Below the pieces are notes generated by a model. It was not told the DNA's origin. It saw only the letters and a list, made by a program, of their open reading frames with translations, and ran no database searches. Made by a program: the position numbers and the translations under genes. From Lytechinus pictus (Eukaryota), in the NCBI RefSeq assembly GCF_037042905.1, contig NC_087263.1, positions 8,186,001 to 8,250,000 of the forward strand: a stretch of DNA of 64,000 bases. Direction: 5' to 3'. Below are positions 43,401 to 54,000 of the stretch, piece after piece. The first letter of the stretch is position 1; every line of letters starts with the position of its first letter.

Positions 43401-44963
43401 GTTATGTATGTCTAAAAAATTGATTATACAACAAACTACTTAAAATCCCCTTTTCATGATAGTTTATCAAAAATATTGGCTCGCAATTTGCGCTCGTATT
43501 GGTGGTTGAAAATATATTAACTGATGCATCCTATTTATGATTACACAAGTGCTTTTCACTTTTCAGGCCATATTATCATCAGATTTTGCGCCCTCATTAG
43601 GCATTAATGAATAAGATATTAATTTATTAATTGAAATTGTCCCTTTTGTTTCATCTCGCGCTTAGCAAGAGGGATAGGAAGATAGTCGTAATTTTCATAT
43701 GATGACATGTCCTAAGGATGTCCCGGTCCTATGTCAAAACTCATATATAGTAATACAAATATCAGCTCTTTGTTAGGTGCGATTCATATCCACCTCATAA
43801 TTTTCCTAAAAAGCTTGATATATAGCGCTGAAATTGACTTTTTTTCCAGATGGGAATATTAACTAGTTTAAGCTCGCGCTTCGCGTTCGCTTTAATTTTC
43901 ATGATAAAAGATGTATTAAGAATGCGTAGATTCTAGGTCTAAATATGAAACACGCGTGCGCATGTTAATTCAGATACTCAACTTGTTCTCTATTTAAATC
44001 AGTATCCAGTTTCAGAGCTCGCACTTTGTGCTCGCATTATTCATTTAATTGGAAGATCCCCAATTATAACCCTTTTCACGATTTACAAAACATGAATAGA
44101 GTGTCTCGGTCAGTAGGTCTAAATCTCGAAATTTTCCGCTCGCGTTTCGCGCTCGCATCAATTGTTTGATTATATACCTATTTCGTTTAAGTTACAAAAA
44201 GTGCTTAGAATTTCCATTCTTTAGGTAAAAAAATCAAAAAATTTCAGCTCGCGTTTCGCGCTTGCATTAATATTTGATTGTTGAAATACCCATGTAACTT
44301 CTTCATGGCTAAGTGCAAGCAGTCTTTAACAGATATCTCTTCCATCGGTTCATTTCTGCTCCCGCTTCGCGTTCGTAGTAATTATTGAGTTGCATACATA
44401 TCTTTTTAAGGACAACAAACATTGCCCGGAATGTTCAAGTTTTAGGAAAGGATACATAAGATTTCCCAAAAAAATTTAGCTCACGCTTCGCGCTCGCATT
44501 ATATAAATAAGGATTATGATATATTTATGTTGATTTATAAGAATAAAGCTAAAAAGTGACTATTAGGAGTACCCCTTCAAGGACCCCTTCAAGGACCCCA
44601 AAAATCATATTCGAGCAGCCGATCGGGGAAAAATATGGCTGAAAAAAAATTCCGGCCCCCCCCCCCCCTATTGACGAAGGCTGGATCCGCCCCTGCAAAT
44701 GTTCTTTTAGATACCCATCTTTAATAATCATTAGTGCCAAAAATGATTACAATATCAAGCTTTCAGGTCAGAATATAAAAGAAAATCAACATGCTCGCGG
44801 CACTCGCATTATCTGTGTAGTGAGATATGTATCCTCCGCATGAGTTACTACAAACTGTCCTAAACAGGTACCTTTTTTCCTGTTTTTAGGTCAGTATACT
44901 AAAAATTTTCAGCTCGCGCTTCGCATTAATTTGTTGGTGAGATATGTGTCTCTTTCTCATGAG

Positions 44964-45022
<59 letters not shown>

Positions 45023-48000
45023 AATTCAATTTATTTATTCAACCACCATCAGGTACAAACAATTACATAAATACATACAAATATAACAATAGAATGATGG
45101 TTTGGTGACCCCGGAGAAAGCAGAGCTTATAAAAAGGGGCCACCGAGTTAAAATGTACACTGAAAATATACAATAAATAATGATGATTACACTAAGTACA
45201 CTGATGCAACAGCCTGGGGAAAAAAAGGGGGAGGGGAGATTTTCAATGACATAAAAAGAAATAATTTACTGAAGGTTTTTTAAAAACAGGTTAATAATTT
45301 TCTAATAAGTCTCTTAAACCTAGAAGAGTTGAACTGGATTTTATATCAGAGGGGAGGTTATTCCATAACTTAGGAAAACAAGTTTTAAAGGAATTTAAAG
45401 ATATAGTTGATCGAGCTAAGGGTATATGAATTTGAATGCTTTGACGAGTATAATGAGAGTGTATCGTAGAGTTTTGGACAAAAATGTCATTGAAAAGGGG
45501 AGGCAAGATTTTAGCATAAAATTTATACATAAATACGAGGGAATTAAATGATATCAAGTCCTGTAATGGCATTATGTTCAGTTGAGAAACTGGAGGCTTT
45601 GTATGAGTGCGGTAGGGAGCGTTTGAAATAATGCGAACTACTTTTTTTGTAAAATACATAGTTTATCTACGTGTGATTTGAAGGTGTAGCCCAAGACAAC
45701 ATTGCAATAGTTCAAATGGGGTAGTATGATGCTATTATATAAAGTAATCAAAATTGATTTGGGAACATAATGTCGTAACTTGGAAAGAACACCAATGGAT
45801 CTTGATATCTTTGTACTAATAAAAATAATATTAGATTTTCAAGAGAGATGTTCGTTTAAAGTCACACCAAGGAATTGTATATTTTCAACCCGTGTGATAA
45901 GATTACCACCAATGTGAACATCAGGAAGATTAGATGGGACATTCCTTCCTTTTGTTCGAATAATCATATATTTGGTCTTCTCAAGATTGAGGAATAATTT
46001 GTTGCAAGCAAACCATTTACTTAATTTATGAAATTCAATATTTGTTAACGATACAAGATGATGTATATTTTTGTGTGATATTGAAACAGTGGTATCGTCA
46101 GCAAACAGAAAAAATTAAGACTTAGAGAACAATAATATATTTTTAATATATAGTTTTAATATAATCGCTAGAGGGTATTCATTTGTCTCGCAATCTACTA
46201 TGGTCAACAAGGAAATTCGTGATCACTCTCGCAAAAAGTGTTCACTAGCTTACAAGTTCACGAGCTTTCGAGTGCCGCTGCAACTCTTTACCAAGTGACG
46301 AAAATTATCTGATAACGTAGTCTATTTATACCAATCCCCCGGACCGTACGCACGAACGCGGGAACAATAGGTGGGCACTGATCCGTTGTGTGATTGGTCG
46401 GGCGTTTCACTTATGTAAACAAGAAAAAGAAGTGGGCCTAATACAGATCCTTGTGGAATTCCACATGATACATTACTCAAATGGGATCTGACACCATCGA
46501 TCACCACATATTGATTTCTGTGTGATAAATAACTATAAAACCATTGGAGTGGGACCCCTCTGATTCCATAAAATTATAGGTTTTTTAACAAAATGTGGTG
46601 ATCAATGGTTTCAAAGGCCTTGGATAGGTCCATAAAAACACTTAGGCAGTAATTTCCAGTGTCTATTTTGTCAGATATCACATTAAATGAATTCAGTACA
46701 CCGAGATCGGTTGAGAAGTTCTTCCGGAATCCAAACTGCTGGGGTATTAAAATGTTATCGATGGAAAGAAATTTGTAAAGTCTACTGTGAACTATTTTTC
46801 TAACAATTTGGAGAAAAAAGGCAATAATGCTATTGGTCTGTAGTTAGTAATGTCATGTTTGTCACCCTTTATGTAAATTGGAATTACCTCAGCTGTTCTT
46901 AGTTTGTCGGGAACAATACCCTGAGAAAGTGATTCATTGAAGATGTGACAGAGAGGATTGATAATAGTGTGAATGCATTCTTTGACAACACGAGCTGCTA
47001 TTAAATCACAGCCCGGAGCAACTGACGATTATATGGAAGAAAGAACATTAAGTATTTCGGTATTCGACGTTGGATTAAAAAATAGTGATTTGGGTACATG
47101 GTTACATAAATACTCACAAAAATGCGATGAAGAAATTTGAATTTTTCTTGAGTTACCTTTCCAATATTGATAAAATAACTATTAAATACCTCAGCAATAG
47201 CCGATTTCTTCGAGATCTTTTCCTGATTGAAATACATATAAGATGGTAAAGTGTTTTTTCTTTTACCTAATAATTGTTTTATCCTCGACCAGGTTTTTTT
47301 CATATCACCCCTCACTTAATTAAATAAATTTTCGTAGTAAATCATTTTGCTTCGTCGAATAACACATGTTAATGAATTCTTATATTCAACTTATTTTGAT
47401 CGAGTCCGAGAGTCGCCATTTTTTATATACCGATAGTATAATTTTTTTTTTCTTAATGGATTTCAAAATGCAATGTGTAATCCAGGGTTTGTCGTTTCTT
47501 TTCTTTTTAGCTTTTACAAGGGGAAAATAATCATTGTACAGGGAGCTGAACTTTTGAATAAAAAGTTATATGACGTGTTAATATCTTCATTGCTATAGAT
47601 AGCATTCCAATTAGTTAAACTTAACTTTTGTTTTAATTTTTAAATATTTTCTCTTGTAATTTTCCGGGTTTTGCTACTGATTGTATGGAAAGGCAAAGAT
47701 ATATTATTACTCAGGCAAAATATTGGAAAATTATCCGAGAGATCCAAATAAATAATACCGCAAGTATTGTTCATGTGGATACAGTTGGTGAATACATTAT
47801 CTATCAGGGTAGCAGAATGCCTTGTTACTCGAGTTGGCTATATACAGTGCGTATCAAAAAAAAGTTTACACTTAAAAAATATCTTGTAATATTATATATT
47901 TGTAATGTCCTGAAGATTTTTCCGCATTTTAACATTGGTACAGATTCATTTAAGCAAATGACGATATAACTGTCGAAGAATATTTTCGCTTGAGTGAGCA

Positions 48001-51000
48001 CCACTTACTTTTGAAAAGTTAGTGAAAAATGATTTGCGCAGAACTTTGAAATAGTTATGCGAATAAAAGTAGACCTTAATCATGAAGAACACGTGGAATT
48101 TAGCTAGTAAAATTGATTTGATATCTTTTACCTTTTTTAAAGTTGTTTTCTTGCCCAAAACACTTCGAAGAGTGCATTGCGTCCCACCCCACTCCCCCGC
48201 ACTCCGAGGCCATCGTGACGATATTTGCTTTTACGACACTGAGCTGCGATTTACATGAAAGGGCTTAGGCTTCATTTCATTTTGTTAATCATTGTCAAGC
48301 TTGGGAAAAGTGTGGAGAAACAAGTATTAAATGAAAAATGAAATGTAAACCCACTTTAAATGATACAAACTTAGTGAAAAAATGCTGAAGATGTCTGAAA
48401 TAAACTTTTGTTCAGATTCAGTTAAGTCCTCAGATCCAGCTGGCACAAACAAGGGTAAAGGTTGTGCTTACTATGTGTTGAAATTTCAATTTGGGTGGCA
48501 AAATTAAATGCTTGAATGTATCCGTTTTATTTCAATTGACTAAAAGAGCAAGGGAAATTTTTTTTATACGCACTGCATATATATATATATATAAACTCCT
48601 CCAAAAAAAAGTTTGGAAATCTGACTTTGATCGATAATTTCTCCTCGGTTTTAGTAAATACCAATGTGTAATTGATATCATTGAATAGATCATTTAATTT
48701 TCTTTAAAATGATACCCTACATGAAATGATTATGGTTCACATGGAGGTGCAGTGCGATATAATGCGGGACAATGTCAAAATTCAAAAGTTGCAAAATGAC
48801 ACAATATTGAAAGTCACTGTTCTTTTTACCGTGGTAATGACTTAGTTTCTCAGCGGTATCTTTTGACTTTGATCGATAATCCCTCCTCGGCCTTAGAAAA
48901 TACCAATGTGTAATTGATATCAATGAATAGATCATTTAATTTTCTTTAAAATGATACCCTACATGAAATGATTGTGGTTCACATGGAGGTGCAGCGCCTT
49001 ATAATGTGGGACAATGTCAAAATTCAAAAGTTGCAAAATGACAAAATATTGAAAGTCACTGTTCTTTTTTCCGTGGTAATGACTTAGTTTCTCAGCGGTA
49101 TCTTTTGACTTTGATCGATAATCCCTCCTCGGCCTTAGAAAATACCAATGTGTAATTGATATCAATGAATAGATCATTTAATTTTCTTTAAAATGATACC
49201 CTACATGAAATGATTGTGGTTCACATGGAGGTGCAGTGCCTTATAATGTGGGACAATGTCAAAATTCAAAAGTTGCAAAATGACACAATATTGAAAGTCA
49301 CTGTTCTTTTTTTCCGTGGTAATGACTTAGTTTCTCAGCGGTATCTTTTGACTTTGATCGATAATCCCTCCTCGGTCTTAGTAAATACCAATGTGTTATT
49401 GATATCAATGAATAGATCATTTAATTTTCTTTAAAATTATACAATGCATGATATGATTACGGTTCACATGGAGATGCAGTGCCTTGAAACGTGGGGCAAT
49501 GTCAAAATTCAAAAGTTGCAAAATTACACAATATTGAAAGTCACTGTTTTTCCGTGGTGATGAGTGAGTTTCTCAGCGGTTTCTTTTAACATGGAACCAA
49601 ACATGCATGGGTATTTCAAACCACGACTCAAACCATGTTATCTCACAGAACCATCACTACATAAACCACACCAAAACATAAATGAAGAAGCAGGGGCTTG
49701 ATTTGAATGGATTTCATCTCCTGTATTGACCCTTTATGACTATATCTGCTTGTTTTGCAGCTTTTTAATTCAGACCTCATTCCAACACTTTTGAATCCTG
49801 CTCTTTTCTTGATGGCATGGTCATAACAAGCATGGTATCATTTTTAAAATAATTAAATGATCTTTCGAATGCTATCAAATATGCATCATGTAAAATTGGG
49901 ATTTGAGAGAAATTAATGGCCAAACTCAGATTTCCAAAAAATGTTTGCTCGTTTTGCAGCTTTTCAATTCAGACCTCATCCAACACTTTTGAATCCTGCT
50001 CTTTTTGTGATAGCATGATCATCACAAGCATGGTATCATTTTAAAGAGAATTAAATGATCTTTCGAATGATGTCAAATATGCATTGTGTAAAATTGGGAG
50101 TTGGGAGAAATAAATGGCCAAACTCAGATTTCCAAACTTTTTTGAGGGGTTTATATATACATACACACACACACACACACACATATATACATATATATAT
50201 ATATATATAGGCCCATGTGTGTGTGGGTGAGTTTTTTTGTTTTGTGTGATCGAGCGCCTTTGGAACGTTGATTCATGATTTTGCCCCCCCACCCAATTTG
50301 AAAAATGGATCAACGCCCCTGCATATACTTTCTAAGTTATGATGACATTTTAATAATTTAACCTTGGTTAAGATTTCAATGTTGCCACCGCCGTCGGAAA
50401 AGCGGCGCCTAGAGTCTTGCTCTGCTTTGCATGCGAGACAATAATAACAGCATATTTACCCAGGGTAGCCACTTCAGTTCCGAAAACTGTTCTCCCAGCG
50501 GGCCCCGCTATTATTATTACCCGGCTAAGCTAGGCTACATATTCGGTGCACACGTCTTTTTGAGGAATTACTTCCCGCCGGTACCCATTTACCTCACCTG
50601 GGTCGAGTACAGCACACTGTGGATGAATTCCTTGCTGTAGGAAATTACGCCATGGCTTGGATTTGATCCCACGACCCTCTGTTTCAAAGTCCAGAAACTA
50701 ATCCAATGGGCCACGACGCTCCACTATACCATTATTTGTATGATCTTCTCTCTGCAGTACCTCCACTTCATGTGATTGCGATGACGTCAACACCTTTTGA
50801 GAGCCCTGGGAACGCTCCAACTTTCTCTTGCGTACTCTCACCGGACAACACACAGAATACCATAACCTACACAGAGAGGGTAGTTAGACCAAGTCTCACT
50901 CCTGGAGGCTACACACTGAACATACCGGGTATGGAAGTAACTCAGACCGGTGGATTTACACAGAACCTGCCTGGTGATGAGACGTCAGTTGGTGTCTATA

Positions 51001-54000
51001 GGTGTTCAAGTACATCTACAATTACTGGTACTTCAACATCAGCAGATGTGACAATTCTCTCACAAGAAAGTACGTACGAACATAAAGTTGAATCAAAACA
51101 ATCTGACATATGACTGAGATAATGAAATAAAAAATCAACCGACATTTCTCCATCCTATCCCGCCATAAAAACCCTGGTATTCACCAATACAGAAACAACA
51201 GTCATCAAACGATTGTCAGAAATAAAAATCAACATGATTTTAAAATTCCAAATATAGCACTAATTAAAGACTTGCCTTTGATCATGGAAGCTGCGATTTC
51301 TGCAACGAGTCCCTATTATAAATATTACCTGAAATGTGACTCTAGAAAAATGGACAAAATCATCATACTATTTCAAATATTCTAGTATTTCGGATGTCAA
51401 TATTTCAGATTTGTCATCCCACCCTCCTCCTACCAACAATAAATCACTAGGAAAAGTTTTTAGTAAATTATCAAAACAATATCTGGTTTTGAAAAGTAAA
51501 AATTTGAAAATTTACTTATCTAAAATAATATTTCTTTTTCTTAATGCTGTCAAACATTTAAAATTTCAAATGTCAAAAGTTTTATAGGAGTTTCTTCGAC
51601 ATCCTTCTTTGCAAACTGATCGAAGTTCCACTGAGACTGCACAGTTGTGCACATCCTCTGCCGGAGTGAACACACAATTTTAAAAGGTGTTTTCTGCTTA
51701 TTCTGTATCATTGAAATCTTTCTTCATCAAACAAGCATTTGCTGGGTTATTGTTTATTTTCATATATTTGAATTTTAAAGCTCAATTATATTTCAAAATC
51801 AATTTAGGCGACTTATTGTTGGTTTTGGGTGGCAGGTGACATTTTGAAATGCATTTTTTTTTTAAATCTCCAATCGCTGAAGGTAGGGATCCAGGGTTGG
51901 CATGGTTGGGAGGTATACCATACGTGTATGATTCTATTCGAAAAAAAGAGAAACGTTTCGTTTGATCTCTCACGTTATGGCCAAAACTATTCAATGTTAT
52001 TAATGTTTTCCAGCAATTCTCAATCCTTTTTTTTAGGACATTTTCAACCAAGTGACGGTCGCCTCACCAAAACGGTTTATCCAGGAGACGACATCACGCT
52101 TGCAGTGTCTGCCACTGATAGGTATGATTCAGGAACGCAGGAGATCAGATGGAGCACTTTTTCAAACTTTGCAGAAGGATCTTTGTCTCCAGATGGAGAT
52201 GGGACACTGACCTATACAATTCGTTCAGCATCTAAGAGAAATGCAGATATCTACGGGACATTCCAAAATAATATGGTTGATAATCGTCTTTACAATTTGA
52301 TTCGAGTCATAGTTATTGGTAAGTTTCTTTTTACGATTTTCTCTGTTCTTTCTCTTATTTCTGGAAATAGTGCAACAGAAGCTACATTAATCTATTAGCA
52401 AAATCGCTGAGACCAAAAGTGAATTCTGCTGTCACGAACACCCTAACCTACGTGCACACACACACATATCCTCTCCCTCTCTCACACACACACACAGATA
52501 TATTATACAGTGCGTCCCACACAAAACTAAACCGAGATTTAGCGATGATTTATCATAACTTAATCACAAATACAATAGACAAATGACCTACCATTGTCAA
52601 GCTTAGAATCTCCTCTTTCATCTGAAATTATTTAGATTATTTCTCATTCACGCATGAGTGAGCAAAAACAATTTGTAGAGGGGATACCAAAAAGTCACTT
52701 GGCGGGCTGTATCTGGGTTTCAAAAGAAAAACCACATTTTAAAAACGTTCAATATCTGCTCTTTAATTTGATACCTCAATTACAGAAATTGGTCAAGAAA
52801 TAACAAAGTTCTGGTTATTTGAAATAAGGCTCGAATTTCAATAATTTCATAAAATGAAGAAGTTTTACAGGCTAGCGTTCAAACTCACTTGACACTCCGT
52901 TTTGTTGACGATCAGCCATGCATTAAGTCTTTTGTTAACCGTGCGATAGCTTCTTTGGGAAACCGGTGAAAACACGTTTATTTAATGAAATTCTGGAAAT
53001 ACAAGCATTGTTTCGAGGGAACATAACTTTTTTTAATTCTTGACCATTTTCTGTGATTAAGGTATCAAATAAAAGAGCAGATATTGAATTTTTTAGGCAC
53101 GTGAATTTCTTTTTGAAATTCAGATACCCCCCGCCAAATGAGTTTTTGGTATCCATTCTTCAAATTGTTTTTGCTCCCTCTTGCGTGAATGATAAATGAT
53201 ATATTATATCAGATAAAAGAGGAAATTCTAAGCTTTACATTGGTAAGTCATTTGTCTATTGTATTTATGATTAAGTTATGATAAATCATCGCTAAATCTC
53301 GGTTTCGTTTTTTGTGGGACGCACTTTATATATGTCTGATACATAAATAATGACTGGTCTGGGGAGCACTGATTTAAGCTACATGTACACTACCATTATT
53401 CTCTATTCCCTTTTCTTTCACAATATATTTAAATAAAAATGAGGTACCAAAGAAGCTGTACATGTTTAATTTCTGACACGTATGCATATGGATGTATGTA
53501 TGTATGTTTATATGCATATACAGTACATACTTACCTTATGACATCCCACTTGGATAGTATAAACGGGGGGGGGGGGGTACTCGGTAAGTTTGGAATTTGA
53601 GTCGAAGATTAAAGATAAAAATTGTAAATTTGCAGCACTGGCGGATCCAGGGGTGGGGTCACATCCTGCCATGAGAGCCATAATCATTTTTTTTTTATAA
53701 ATTATCCCCCCCCCCCCTCCTTGTAAGTGAAAAACTTTTTTTTTTTGGATTGTCAAAATTTTCCCGAACGAAATGGCCTTCGATATTAGGTAAAAACTTG
53801 TGATTTTTTTGTTGGGCCTGTCAAATTTTAATCGGAAAAATGTGCCCCCTCTTTAGAAAATCACGGATTCGTCCCTGATTTGCAGTATTTATATATTCTT
53901 TTAAAATATCTGATTTTATAAACATGACAAATGTGGTAAATTGTCAAAATATGGCCAACTTTATTGAATAAGTGAAAATGACGTTTTGGAATTGTACTGA

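Larger units (their letters stand above)
42621..50321. mobile_element. hAT-like non-autonomous element swollen by nested insertions
   Basis: Right TIR GGATCAACGCCCCTG followed by CATATACT; left end reads CATATA|TCGATCC (partly deleted TSD/TIR). GCTCGCGCTTCGCGCTCGCA repeats; inner related element 42880-44695 (CATAGGCGGATCC...GGATCCGCCCCTG). Confidence 0.65.
41570..50442 (-). mobile_element. Helentron/Helitron-associated non-autonomous element with 166-bp tandem array, split by a 7.7-kb insertion stack
   Basis: Ends AACAAG...GTCTCGCC (~41570-41600) and GTCTTGC...GCGAGACAA (~50415-50442). 166-bp TGACCTT-containing units at 41925/42091/42257; the unit breaks at 42620 and resumes at 50322. Confidence 0.65.

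Noticed and set aside
48717..49434. Duplicated 72-aa ORFs
   Set aside because: Products of a 242-bp tandem repeat inside a Tc1-like MITE; no recognisable protein motif.
50640..50722. tRNA gene
   Set aside because: The tRNA-like A/B boxes continue into a SINE core and tail; a second diverged copy lies at 31211-31489.
52319..52398. Hydrophobic read-through tail after exon 12 (possible membrane anchor)
   Set aside because: A strong GTAAGT donor is present, and T-rich intron sequence commonly translates as hydrophobic.
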